DNA of 64,000 nucleotides from Candidatus Latescibacterota bacterium (GCA_965198115.1 OZ240241.1:7488001-7552000), one strand, 5' to 3'. Shown: positions 54,006-64,000, numbered from the stretch's first letter. The notes: generated from the letters alone by a model not told the origin. Program-made: numbers and translations.

Positions 54006-55010
54006 CTAAGCCCATCGGATCACGGCCCCCAAAACCGTCTGCGCGCGCCCACGATTGACGGCATCGAACAGCTGAGGGGCATCCTCGAAGCTGCATCGAT
54101 GGGTGATCGTATGGTGCCAGGGCAGGACTCCGCTCCCCATGTTCTTGATCACGGCCCGACGGGAGGCCGCCAATCCGTCGTCGCACGGGTAGTGCATCGT
54201 GAGCCGGCGTCCGTGGGGCGGGGCGAAGTTGTAAGAGATCGGTCGCTGCCCATAGTGGCCCTGGAGGACGAAGGTGCCGTGCCGTCGGCAAAGAGCGATC
54301 GACGGGTCGATGCAATCGGGGATGCCCGTCGCTTCGAACACCACGTCGGCGCCTTCGGGAGACAGGTTTCGGACGGCTTCTTCCATATTCTCTTTGTCGG
54401 CTCGAACCACGTGATCGGCACCCAGCCGCTTCGCGATTTGCAACCGATCCCCTTCGACGTCGACCGCGACGACGACACACCCTCGGTGGGAACAGGCCGC
54501 GATCACACCCAGCCCGATCAGGCCTGCACCGTTGACCACGACAAGGTCGCCCATTCTGGGATTCGCCGTGTCCACACCGTTCAGTCCCACTGCCGGCATG
54601 ACGAACAGGCTCGACGCTTCCTCATCTGCACCGTCGGGGAGGTGAGCGCACGCGTGGTCGCCGTCCACATCGGTGATGGTGTGCGAGCAGTGGACGCCAG
54701 AGAGTCCCGTGATGCTGCTACCGTCGGTTGCCGTTATTTCGCGATTGGCCCTGTAGTAGACACGATCGTCCACAGCAAACTCGGACACGTCCGACCCGAC
54801 CGTCTCGATGATACCGACTCCCTGATACCCGGTGACCATCGGAAAGGGCCCCCGGTCGATCTTCCCTCTGATGAAGGCAAACTCCGTCCCGATGCTGACC
54901 CCTGAGTAGAGCGTTCGCACGCGCACCTGTCGTGGTCCCTCCTCGGGCAGCACCACATCATCGATCGAGAACCGCTGATTTTCAGTTGTTACGAGGGCAC
55001 GAGCATTCAT
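54006..55010 (-). CDS. MDR-family (zinc-binding alcohol dehydrogenase-like) oxidoreductase
   Basis: YSGVSIGTE, GYQGVG, GAGLIG and DVVFEATG motifs. Confidence 0.88.
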   Translation of the reverse strand: MNARALVTTENQRFSIDDVVLPEEGPRQVRVRTLYSGVSIGTEFAFIRGKIDRGPFPMVTGYQGVGIIETVGSDVSEFAVDDRVYYRANREITATDGSSITGLSGVHCSHTITDVDGDHACAHLPDGADEEASSLFVMPAVGLNGVDTANPRMGDLVVVNGAGLIGLGVIAACSHRGCVVVAVDVEGDRLQIAKRLGADHVVRADKENMEEAVRNLSPEGADVVFEATGIPDCIDPSIALCRRHGTFVLQGHYGQRPISYNFAPPHGRRLTMHYPCDDGLAASRRAVIKNMGSGVLPWHHTITHRCSFEDAPQLFDAVNRGRAQTVLGAVIRWA

Positions 55011-55277
55011 AGGGCAATCGTGGTTGAGGCTTGCGTCGTGTCCTCGAGTATGCCTGCCCAGAGGGCAGGTCTGTAACGAGGGGCGCGACATGTTGCGCGG
55101 GGAAGATGGCCCTTTACCCCTCGCAAGCTCGGGGCACTCGGGCACACGGTATCGACGAAGCAAGGGTCCCTGCGTGACCCATTGCGATCTACACTCATGG
55201 ACGCCCGGGGACCGAAAAGCAGGTTGTGTCGCGGGGTGACTGGTATAGCGAAGCCCAATGCAAACATCTTCACTCTT

Positions 55278-56019
55278 CTATCTTAAATGACTGTCCGCTG
55301 CGTGTGGAGTCCCAAGCCCATTCCCCATCCGCATCAGCTGACGCTGACGGTCGGTCAGCTGATCGAACCAGGTGTCGGGAAACTCATCGTGAGGATCGAC
55401 CTGGAACACGAGCATCCGCTTGCGATAGTGCCCGAAGAGCGCGTGGCGGTTGATCGTTCCCGTGTTCTGTCCACCACCGTGCCACGTCTGTCCGTTGAAA
55501 ACGAGCACGCTTCCCGATAGGTGCGATCGCTTCGGCGACGTACTTGAGTTCGAGCGTTTACGGTGGTAAGGCGAGACCGCTTTTGTGCGATCCGGGGACG
55601 CATCGTGTCGCGCCAATCTCCGAAGTGAATTCGTCGAGCATCCAGACCGTGTTCATCATCACCGGAGATGCCATGTTCAGCATCTCCAGGGGGATATCGC
55701 TGTGAAGCTGCTGATATCCGTCTCCGGGCCGGACGATGCGGGAATTGAGACTTCCCAGTATGAGAGTTTCGCCGAGGAAATGTTCCAGGATGGGGAGAAC
55801 TCTCAGATGGTCGATGGTCTTGAAGAATGAAGGATCGAGCGTTGGGAGATTGGCGACGTGTCGCGCCGTTCCCCTGTGTGTGTGGTCGGTACCGACCTCC
55901 TGCTCACACCTGATGAGGGCTTCGCGCATCTCGACTGCTTCGTCTTCCGTGAGTACACGTTCGAGAATCGCGAACCCGTAGACCTCGATTTCCTGTATCG
56001 CAAGTTCCGTTTCGGTCAT
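55278..56019 (-). CDS. PhyH-family dioxygenase (frameshift near 55560)
   Basis: YGFAILE, QQLHSD, WMLDEFT..GATRCVPGSH and WHGGG.N motifs. Confidence 0.85.
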
Positions 56020-56204
56020 AGGACAAGTATCTCTTCTGTAAGCAGTGTGAAGTATTTGAGGCACCGCTCATCCCGAGCCGTGTCCTGAGTGTCGACCGCT
56101 ATGGTCGCCGTACCGAAGGGTGACCTGATCCTGTGAATGAGTGTGCTACTGTCTGGAACCAAGATGGAGGTTGTATAAAGGGCGAGCGGTCCCCAACAGA
56201 TAGA

Positions 56205-57440
56205 TTACCCAATCCTCGATATTCGATCCTCGATATTCAATTCGTAAATCTGTCGCCCTGTCCCGCCGTGCGCCGAGTCGATGGTGACTCGTTTCCCGTC
56301 CCGACTCGATCGGGGATGAAGATCACAGCGCCATTCACCGGTATAGGGTTCGGGCGATGGAAACGTGCCCAACTCGCGGCGTTCACCCGTGGGCGTGTGA
56401 TAGAGATAGAGCTGCTGATCGCGGGAATCCCCCTGTGGATAGCAGTCGTTGAGAATCCAGTCGGTGTCGGGAAGGTAGGTGCAGTGACCGTTCAGCGTCA
56501 TGACGTCTTCACCGATGACGTCCACTCGATCGGTCTGATCCGTGTAGACGTAGAAAGCGGCCTCGTGGGAGGGTTGCCACGACCACGCGAGGATCGTTTC
56601 GGGGTCGCGCCAGATGAAGTGTGACATTCTCCCGTAGTCGTCGACGACGTGAAGACCCGATCCGTCGGCGTTGGCGGTGAGCATGCGGGTGTGAAAACCT
56701 CCCTCACCGAGCCGCCATCGATGGAGGAAAATGAAACGTGAGCCGTCCGTGTTGTAGAGCAAGTGGTTGAAGTAGTGCTTGGCTTCAGAAATGTCCCCGT
56801 GAGGGTAGGGGAGCGCCGCGATCTGCGCGATCGAGATGATCTGTCGCGAGTCACCGCTGGCCAGATCGACGGTGTAGATGCCGGCGGTATCCGGCGCGAG
56901 GACATCGCTGTTCGGGTCCGGAAGCCCCGCATAGCCATACCCAGGGCGCATGTCGTTGATCCGCCGGAAGTCGGCGCCGATTGCTGATTGGCCATCGGGG
57001 GCGATCGTGTAAACAGCCTCTGGCAGCGTCCGCTCAGACCCGTCGGTCGTGTCGTGGATGCGGGCGACGAACCGATCACCTTCCCGCTGATTCCATATGA
57101 TCTCGGTGTCCGATTGTGGAATCCACTGGAGCATGCAGCCCTGCTGCCAGCCCCAGGACTGTGTGGTGCCGATCTCGCGCCACCCATCGCCGTCCTGCGT
57201 GTCGATGAGGCCGATTCTGATCTCGTCGTCGGCCGTCGGTGACCGATGCTCGAAATCGACCTGCATTCCTAGGATGTAATGCCCCGGCGGGTCGAACTGA
57301 AGCTTATCGTAATACCCGAACCAATGATGCTTCGGCCCTGACGTGATCGCGCGAATCGGAACAGAATCCATGACGTAAGCTCGCTCAGAAGACGTTCGAT
57401 CGATTCCCGCATCGACGCCGTCTCTCTGGTCACTGGTCAC
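56205..57440 (-). CDS. Oligogalacturonate lyase/TolB-like beta-propeller protein
   Basis: HHWFGYYDK, WQQGCMLQW, RPGYGY, NGHCTY and RCDLHPR..RDG...IDSAH motifs. Confidence 0.75.
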   Translation of the reverse strand: MTSDQRDGVDAGIDRTSSERAYVMDSVPIRAITSGPKHHWFGYYDKLQFDPPGHYILGMQVDFEHRSPTADDEIRIGLIDTQDGDGWREIGTTQSWGWQQGCMLQWIPQSDTEIIWNQREGDRFVARIHDTTDGSERTLPEAVYTIAPDGQSAIGADFRRINDMRPGYGYAGLPDPNSDVLAPDTAGIYTVDLASGDSRQIISIAQIAALPYPHGDISEAKHYFNHLLYNTDGSRFIFLHRWRLGEGGFHTRMLTANADGSGLHVVDDYGRMSHFIWRDPETILAWSWQPSHEAAFYVYTDQTDRVDVIGEDVMTLNGHCTYLPDTDWILNDCYPQGDSRDQQLYLYHTPTGERRELGTFPSPEPYTGEWRCDLHPRSSRDGKRVTIDSAHGGTGRQIYELNIEDRISRIG

Positions 57441-57452
57441 TGAAGAAGCTGT

Positions 57453-58541
57453 CTACTCGAAGACGATCACCTGCCGCGCCACTTCGCCCACGAGCAATGC
57501 TTCGAACGCGTCGTTGATCTCATCGAGCGTAATGTTACGCGTGATCATCTCGTCCAGCTTGAGGAGGCCCTTGAAATACATCTCGACGTAGTTAGGCATG
57601 TCGACGCGGAACCGGTTCGATCCCATGCTGGACCCCTGGAGCTTCCTCTCGCCGAGGACGTCCTGCGGAGAGATCTCGATTTTCACCCCCTCGGGAACCA
57701 TTCCGATGAGTGTTGCCGTACCCCCGCGCTCGAGGACGCCGAACGCCTGCTCGGCCGTTTCTTTCAACCCGACGGCTTCGAACGAATAGGCGACGCCGTT
57801 TCCTTCCGTCAGATCCATGATCTGCTCGACCGGGTCGCCGTCTCGAGCGTTCACCAGGTCGGTCGCGCCGAGCTGTTTCGCGAGCTGAAGTTTCGAGCTG
57901 ATCGTGTCAACGGCGATGATGCGCCCGGCCGAGCCTATGCGCGCTCCCTGCACGGCGCTGAGTCCGATCCCTCCGCACCCGAACACGGCAACCGTGCTGC
58001 CCGGCGTCACCTTGGCCGTGTTGAGGGCCGCACCGACGCCCGTGGTCACACCGCAACCGATCAGGGCTGCTTTATCCAGAGGCATGTCTTCCCTGATTTT
58101 ACAAACTGCGTGCTCGTGGACGAGGAGCTGCTCGGCGTAAGAGGCCAGATTGGCGAACTGGAAGAGCTCGTCGCCGTCCTGGCTCAGTCGGGGTGTCTCC
58201 GCCTCCTTGCGTTGAGTCGACTCCTTGTCTTCGCACAGGTTGGGGCGTCCCGTCGTGCAGTAGCGACAGTGACCGCAGAAGACCGAGAGACACGTAATGA
58301 CGTGGTCGCCCGGCTTCACGTAGGTGACCTCCGAGCCGACCGCCTCGACGATGCCGGCTGACTCGTGACCCAGGACGGCCGGCATGGGGCACGTATACAG
58401 GCCTTGCTGGAAGTGGACGTCGCTGTGACAGACGCCGGCCGCGGCCGTACGGATGAGGACCTCGTGACCGATCGGATCCGCGATCGTGACATCGGCCACG
58501 TCGATCGGTTGATGGGCTTCGCGAAGAATCGCTGCTTTCAT
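57453..58541 (-). CDS. Zn-dependent alcohol dehydrogenase (class III-like)
   Basis: GVCHSD, GHESAG, CGHCRYC..GRPNLC, LIGCGVTTGVGA and GCGGIG motifs. Confidence 0.93.
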   Translation of the reverse strand: MKAAILREAHQPIDVADVTIADPIGHEVLIRTAAAGVCHSDVHFQQGLYTCPMPAVLGHESAGIVEAVGSEVTYVKPGDHVITCLSVFCGHCRYCTTGRPNLCEDKESTQRKEAETPRLSQDGDELFQFANLASYAEQLLVHEHAVCKIREDMPLDKAALIGCGVTTGVGAALNTAKVTPGSTVAVFGCGGIGLSAVQGARIGSAGRIIAVDTISSKLQLAKQLGATDLVNARDGDPVEQIMDLTEGNGVAYSFEAVGLKETAEQAFGVLERGGTATLIGMVPEGVKIEISPQDVLGERKLQGSSMGSNRFRVDMPNYVEMYFKGLLKLDEMITRNITLDEINDAFEALLVGEVARQVIVFE

Positions 58542-58551
58542 TCAGACCCTC

Positions 58552-59981
58552 CTACTCTCCGTAGTAAGTGCGCTTGAAGTACTGCGTGAATCCTTCGACG
58601 CCCGGCCAGCGTACGTGTCGTGGGATGTCGGGCGACAACTCATCTCTTGCACCACCTTCCAGCCAGACGAGGATCTCGGGATGTGTATCGCGTCTTCCGA
58701 TCTCGGCGACCCCCAATTCGTGGAGACGCTGCAGCTCCTCGTCCAGACCCGCGATAGGATCCTCACTCCCGTAGTGTCGGAGGATCGACGCTTCGGGCGT
58801 CGGCTGCCATTCGAGCCAGGCATCCCGACCGAAGACCGAAAAGTAGTTTGGATCCCAGTTGAAGATCGTCGCTTCTTTCGTGGCCGATCCTGCGGCCGGT
58901 CCAGCCACGGCTACCTCACGATCCGTCCGTCCAGTTGGAAGATCGTGGCCTACGCAGTGCGGCATCGTCGCGTTCGCGAGACCCAGAATCGTCGCCGTCA
59001 AGTCCTGAGGCTGAACGATCGTGTCAGACCGCGAGGCGGCCCCGTGCGGAAGCCGGATGAACAGTGGGATGCGCGCCTCCGCATCTCTGACGGGAGACCC
59101 TTTCCCGAACGTCCCGTAGTGACCTGTCTTCGTTCCGTGATCCCCGACCAGAAGGATCGCCGTGTTCTTCGATAGACCGCTTTCGTAGAAGGCGTCGAGA
59201 AACCGGCCGAAGCAGTGATCCATCCAGCTGACTTTGGCCGCGTAGAGCGAAGCCATGACCGCTCGGGCCTCGGTCGACAGTGCGTCGTCATTTCGCCCTC
59301 CCCAGAAGTGACGTGGATCGACGGTTCCATCGTGGTCCGGGCGGGGATCGAATCGTCGGACGAACTGGGGAGGTGCATCCCAGGGCTCGTGGGGATCGAA
59401 GCAGTCGATCCAGAGGAACAGGTTCTCTCGCCTTCGATTGTCCTGCAGGAGGCGAGCGGCCGTATCGAAGAGTCGCGCGCAGTTCCAATCTTCCTCTGTC
59501 CGTCGATTCCGATTGGTGAGGTATAGGCTACGAAGTTCGCCGTGCCTTCATCGCAGACATCGAAAAGCGGGTCGCGGCGCCAGTTGGGTAGCCACACGGC
59601 TTCGTCTGTGAGCCAGGCACGATCCACCTCTGCCCCGCGCACGAAGGTCCACGTGTGAAACGGATAGTCGAAGTTGTGACCGCCGTTGACGAGGTGGGGA
59701 GTGTCGTGGATCAGCTGCGTGGCGTATCCGGTTTCCTTCAGTGCGTCGACAAACGTGATTGCAGCGTGGGGGAGAGGAAGCCACGCGTGAAACGGTCCCC
59801 CGTAGCGGCCGGTAATCAGGTCTGTGCGGAACGGTATCGTCGGAAAGCTCGAGCAGAAGGCACGATCATACGCCGTCGATTCGGCCGCCAACCGGTCGAT
59901 GTTTGGTGTGGGAATGGATCCACCATTTGCGGAGATCGCGTCATATCGCAGCGTATCGATGACGACCAGAATGATGTTCAT
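58552..59981 (-). CDS. Sulfatase/alkaline-phosphatase-superfamily hydrolase, frameshifted
   Basis: NIILVVIDTLRYD, TPNIDRLA, PTIPFRTDLITGRY, DPHEPWD, Y.A.V...D...G and GDHG motifs. Confidence 0.85.
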
Positions 59982-60067
59982 TCAGCAGTCCAGAATGGGG
60001 GTTGTGTCCGCGCGTGCATAAGAGTGCTCTCTCCCGTGCACCCCGTTCCCTTGTCCCTCTGCGGCCT

Positions 60068-61249
60068 CTACCAATTCGCCTTTCCTTCCCACGGATGCGC
60101 GAGAACAACCTCTTCGTTCAGATCGGTACCGAATCCGATGCCGGTCGGAATCTTGAGGTGGCCATCCGCAATCTCGGGCTGGATCGTTACGAGGTCGTCC
60201 TTCCAGGCGACATCGTCGATGTCGATTTCTTGGATTCGCACGTTGGGAAGTGTCGCGCACAGGCTCGCGCTGATGAATGTCGAGAGATGGCTGTAATAGT
60301 TGTGGGGCGCGACGTTGAGCTGATACACCTCCGCCAGATCGCCGATCTTTTTCGACTGTGCGAATCCGTTCCAGGGCACGTCGATCATGAAGACGTCCGC
60401 CGCGCGGCATTCGAAATAGGGGAGGAATTCTCTCATGTAGAAGAGATTCTCTCCCGTGCAGATCTTGGTCGACGTGGAATCTTTGATCTGACGGATGGCC
60501 CTATGCTCGTACATGTCGATTTCGAGCCACAGGAGGTCGAATTGTTCGAGGACCTGGGCGATTCGGATACAGGCTTCGGGCTTGAAGTTGAAATTGAGGT
60601 CGAGATTGATGTCGAAGTCGGGGCCGACGGCATCTCGGAAGGTGCCGATCAAGGTCTCGATGTGACGGAGCAGACCGCGGGAGACGTTTCCGTCAGTCGA
60701 TCCGGGTCGTCCGCCGAATCCACCGAAGTAGTTGCGGCTCTCGGCGGGCAGGAGAATGTTGGTCTTGAGAGCTGTGAATCCCTTCGCGACGACTTCCTTT
60801 CCCAGTGCGGAGACGTCGTCCATGGATCGAACGGGTTCGACGTCCAGATGGTCGGCGTGGGCGACCCGGGATGTGCCGCAATGGGACCAATAAAGACGTA
60901 TATCCTCGCGGGTCGGGCCACCGAAGAGCTCGGTGACCGAAATGCCGAGCGCTTTGGCCTTGATGTCGATGAGAGCGAGTTCGATGCCTGCGATGGCCTT
61001 GCACGCGATGCCGCTCGGACTCTGACGTGACCCCCTGACCATGTCCCAGAATCGCATTTCGTAGGGACGTGGGTCCTTCCCGATGATCAGGGGTTTGAGG
61101 TCCTCGATCGTGCCCACGACGCCTTTGGGGCTGCGGCCATCGCTGCATTCGCCGTAGCCGGTGATGCCTTCGTCCGTGGTGACCTTTGTGAAGATCCACG
61201 GTCGCCATCCTGCGTCGACGACGAATGTCTGAATGTCGGTGACTTTCAC
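60068..61249 (-). CDS. Mandelate racemase/muconate-lactonizing enzyme family (acid-sugar dehydratase-like)
   Basis: TDEGITGYGE, DIKAKALG, GFTALKTN, LWLEID, CTGENL and APHN motifs. Confidence 0.9.
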   Translation of the reverse strand: MKVTDIQTFVVDAGWRPWIFTKVTTDEGITGYGECSDGRSPKGVVGTIEDLKPLIIGKDPRPYEMRFWDMVRGSRQSPSGIACKAIAGIELALIDIKAKALGISVTELFGGPTREDIRLYWSHCGTSRVAHADHLDVEPVRSMDDVSALGKEVVAKGFTALKTNILLPAESRNYFGGFGGRPGSTDGNVSRGLLRHIETLIGTFRDAVGPDFDINLDLNFNFKPEACIRIAQVLEQFDLLWLEIDMYEHRAIRQIKDSTSTKICTGENLFYMREFLPYFECRAADVFMIDVPWNGFAQSKKIGDLAEVYQLNVAPHNYYSHLSTFISASLCATLPNVRIQEIDIDDVAWKDDLVTIQPEIADGHLKIPTGIGFGTDLNEEVVLAHPWEGKANW

Positions 61250-62010
61250 GAAAGCTCCTTCTTTTCTTCGTCGACAGGTGGATCGCACACCCGGTTGAAA
61301 CCCAGTCGGTTCTTTCCCCTGACGAGGTGCAGGGCGTGGTTCGGCGAATCCCATTTCAACACGGTCACGAAGGGGAGAATGACCCGGATCGCAAGACCGA
61401 TTCTCCGTCTGCTCGACGTGTTGGGGTGTGAGTGGTGGAGCGTGCGCTCGTTGAACAGAATGAATTCACCGGGCGCCATCTCCAGATCGACGGCTTCATC
61501 GGGATCGTAGTAGCTCTCGTCTCCCATTTCTCCGAAGATCGCATCTGGACCTGACTTCACGTGGGGGATGACCTTGCGGTGAGAACCCGGAATGACCTGT
61601 AGGCAACTGTTCTCGGTCGTGGCTTCGTCAACCGCGATCCAGGCCGAGACGATGACTGGGGGTTCGAGGGGCCAGTAGTTGAAGTCCTGATGCCACGGGA
61701 TGCGCCTGGCCCCGGGCTCTTTGATGAAAAAGTTGGTTCGCCAGAGAAGGAGATCCGGCCCGTAGAGAGAGGCCATGGGCGTGATGATCGCGGGATGCGT
61801 GGCCAGATCGTAAATCAGTCGATGATCGAGGTGTCTGTTGTGGATTCGGTTGGTGTGACCGGGTGGCGTCGAGGCGAGGGCGTTTTCGATGTGGGGCGTC
61901 AGTTCGGCCATCTTCGCGGGTGACATCAGCGGATAGGGACCCAGATAGCCCTGGTCCTTGAAGGCCCCGACTTCCTCAAGGCTCAATGTGTTCTCCGCGA
62001 TCGCTTCCAC
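61246..62010 (-). CDS. PhyH-family Fe(II)/2OG dioxygenase
   Basis: FFIKEPG..IPWHQD, WIAVD.AT.EN.CL.VIPGSH and LHHS.PN.S.RRRIG motifs. Confidence 0.9.
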   Translation of the reverse strand: MEAIAENTLSLEEVGAFKDQGYLGPYPLMSPAKMAELTPHIENALASTPPGHTNRIHNRHLDHRLIYDLATHPAIITPMASLYGPDLLLWRTNFFIKEPGARRIPWHQDFNYWPLEPPVIVSAWIAVDEATTENSCLQVIPGSHRKVIPHVKSGPDAIFGEMGDESYYDPDEAVDLEMAPGEFILFNERTLHHSHPNTSSRRRIGLAIRVILPFVTVLKWDSPNHALHLVRGKNRLGFNRVCDPPVDEEKKELS

Positions 62011-62246
62011 TCGTTTTCTCCCGCAAAATGGAGGGCGAATATAGCGCTGGCACCCTCCCCGCGCAATCCGTCCTCCCCGTTCGACGGGCCGTGCTGAATG
62101 ACAACGTGTCTGTTGCCTCGAAGCTCTGCCAACGGAAATTCCTTCCTCAAACGGCCGTTCCGACAGGGCGAGGTTTCATCCAAAACACAAGATAAATTAA
62201 TTTAAAACAAGAAGTTATATATGAATTCCGAGATAGGGGTGGTCAG

Positions 62247-62262
62247 TGGCATATGGCTTGCA
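62247..62262 (+). promoter_or_regulatory. Sigma54 (-24/-12) promoter upstream of flgF
   Basis: TGGCATATGGCTTGCA with GG-N10-GC spacing; AT-rich IHF-like tract at ~62180-62225. Confidence 0.75.
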
Positions 62263-62315
62263 ATCAGGATCGATGAACTCATACGTCTATCCACCCCGAA
62301 ACACGAGACGATACG

Positions 62316-63086
62316 ATGATTCAAGGTCTATATGAGTCCGGCACGAGCATGATGAACCGTGCAACGAGGCAGGATGTCATCGCGAACAACATCTCGAACT
62401 CCGAAGTACCTGGTTTCAAGCGCGATGGCGTGTTTTTGAGAGAATTGGGCGAAGCTCGCCGCAAAGGGTCGGGTGCCCATCCCGTCTGGAGAAATGACCG
62501 GCTGGCTGGCGCGTTCATCGATTTTGGTCAGGGCACGCTCCGGCAGACGGGGAGCAGCCGTCACGTGGCCATCCACGGAACCGGTTTCTTCCAGGTTCGA
62601 ACCCCTCAAGGCGATGTCTACACCCGAAACGGTGAGTTCTCGCTCACCAACCAGGGCGTGCTCGTCACGAACCTCGGTCATCCTGTGCTTGACGATAGGG
62701 GAGGCGAGATCGCGCTCGAAGGGCCCGATTTCACCGTGAACGATGGCGGAGAGATCATCCAGAACGGGGAGCCGAAGGCCACCCTCGGGATATTCGATTT
62801 CGAGAAGGACGCCGACGGGTTTTACCAGGATCCCGATGGCGTGACCCGTCTAGAGCGGAAACAGAACGGGTTCTTCTTTCCCAAACCGGGTGTCAATCGA
62901 TTGGCAAAGGATCCTCAGACGAAGCTCCTGCAGGGCTATCTGGAAGAGGCAAACATCGATCCCATCACGCAAATGGTCGATATGCTCGAGGTCGTTCGGT
63001 CGTATGAGGCCGATCAGCGCGCCATTCGGGCGCAGAACGAGACGCTCGGCCGTTCGGTCAATGACGTCGGGAGCATTCGTGTTTAG
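62316..63086 (+). CDS. flgF: Flagellar basal-body rod protein FlgF
   Basis: ANNISNSEVPGFKRD, YTRNGEF and QGYLEEANID motifs; lies immediately before flgG. Confidence 0.88.
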   Translation: MIQGLYESGTSMMNRATRQDVIANNISNSEVPGFKRDGVFLRELGEARRKGSGAHPVWRNDRLAGAFIDFGQGTLRQTGSSRHVAIHGTGFFQVRTPQGDVYTRNGEFSLTNQGVLVTNLGHPVLDDRGGEIALEGPDFTVNDGGEIIQNGEPKATLGIFDFEKDADGFYQDPDGVTRLERKQNGFFFPKPGVNRLAKDPQTKLLQGYLEEANIDPITQMVDMLEVVRSYEADQRAIRAQNETLGRSVNDVGSIRV

Positions 63087-63139
63087 CAAGATTGAAAACC
63101 ATCCCATCCCCTGAAACACCCCATCTGAAGAGGTGAACC

Positions 63140-63943
63140 GTGTCACGAGCATTGAGAACAGCCGCATCAGGAATGGTTGCCCAGCAACTGAACATCGACA
63201 ACATCTCGAACAATCTTTCGAACGTAAACACGACGGGATTCAAGAAGAGCAAGGCGGAGTTTCAGGACCTGCTCTACCAGACGATCCGTACCGCAGGGAC
63301 ATCGGCGGCGCAGGGCGCGTTGGTACCCGTCGAGATTCAGATCGGATACGGATCTCGAGTCGTGGCGACGAACAAGATTTTCGAGCAGGGCCAGGTGACG
63401 GCCACGAACAACGCATTCGATCTCGCGATCGAAAACGAAGGGATCAACGGCGACGGATTCTTCCAGATCAGCCTCCCGGACGGCACGCTGGCCTACACAC
63501 GCGATGGCGCCTTCAAGCTGTCGCAAGACGGGCAAGTCGTCACATCGGACGGTTTCATTCTGGATCCTCCCATTTCGATCTCCCAAGACGCTGTGAGCGT
63601 GAACATCGTTAAAGACGGGACCGTCGAGGTGCTGCAGGCCGGTACGACGGCGGCTGCCAACGTGGGAACGATCGAACTGGCCAAGTTCATCAACCCCGCC
63701 GGGCTTCGCAGCATCGGACGAAATCTGTATTTGGAGACGGAGGCCTCGGGTCCCCCCCTTACGGGCCAGCCCAACACGCAGGGCTTCGGCCGTGTGTCGC
63801 AGGGCTTCCTGGAGCTGTCGAACGTGAGCGTCGTCGACGAGCTCGTGAACATGATCATGGCGCAGCGCACGTATGAAGTGAACGCGCGCGCGGTCCGAAC
63901 TTCCGATGAGATGATGCAGGCGACAACGAACATCGCCGGCTAA
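63140..63943 (+). CDS. flgG: Flagellar basal-body rod protein FlgG
   Basis: AASGMVAQQ.NID.ISNNLSNVNTTGFKKS.AEFQDLLYQ, YTRDGAFK and QGFLE.SNV.VVDELVNMI.AQR.YE motifs. Confidence 0.96.
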   Translation: MSRALRTAASGMVAQQLNIDNISNNLSNVNTTGFKKSKAEFQDLLYQTIRTAGTSAAQGALVPVEIQIGYGSRVVATNKIFEQGQVTATNNAFDLAIENEGINGDGFFQISLPDGTLAYTRDGAFKLSQDGQVVTSDGFILDPPISISQDAVSVNIVKDGTVEVLQAGTTAAANVGTIELAKFINPAGLRSIGRNLYLETEASGPPLTGQPNTQGFGRVSQGFLELSNVSVVDELVNMIMAQRTYEVNARAVRTSDEMMQATTNIAG

Positions 63944-64000
63944 CCTGATTGAACACGAGGATGGGTTCCATGCGTAAGTCATTCGTTTACTCGACGCTGG

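Noticed and set aside
63970-64000. Start of the next flagellar gene (flgA expected by synteny)
   Set aside because: Only 10 codons are visible, too few to support a call.

Overview
GC-rich bacterial DNA with two distinct halves. The dockerin-like and FlgD-Ig-tailed secreted proteins, multiple PhyH dioxygenases and a sulfatase suggest an FCB-group lineage such as Latescibacterota/Gemmatimonadota; this is inference only. Bases 1 to ~31.6 kb are an IS-riddled accessory island. It holds four IS256 copies or fragments, two ISL3, an ISAzo13 with an ISL3 nested in its end, an IS21 istB scrap and a 755-bp non-coding TGT...ACA mini-transposon. It also holds broken defence and mobility genes (Nmad3, SF2 helicase, DarB-like, HsdM, AlbA_2, DUF499 ATPase, DprA-like, large serine recombinase, an orphan type I-G Cas3) and intact uptake cargo (two TonB-dependent receptors, a BCCT transporter, a LivJ-like binding protein). 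The ISAzo13 at 28.9-31.6 kb joins truncated cas3 to truncated glutamate dehydrogenase and marks the island edge. The second half is core-like: DUF420, a FlgT-C-like gene pair, guaA, three secreted proteins each with a cohesin-like and a dockerin-like domain, a second ISAzo13, an IS630, a PhyH/dehydrogenase/sulfatase/enolase cluster and sigma54-driven flgF-flgG. Many single-base frameshifts look like long-read indel errors, so several pseudogene calls are uncertain. No CRISPR array, tRNA or rRNA was seen. All family assignments come from motif recognition by eye, not database searches.
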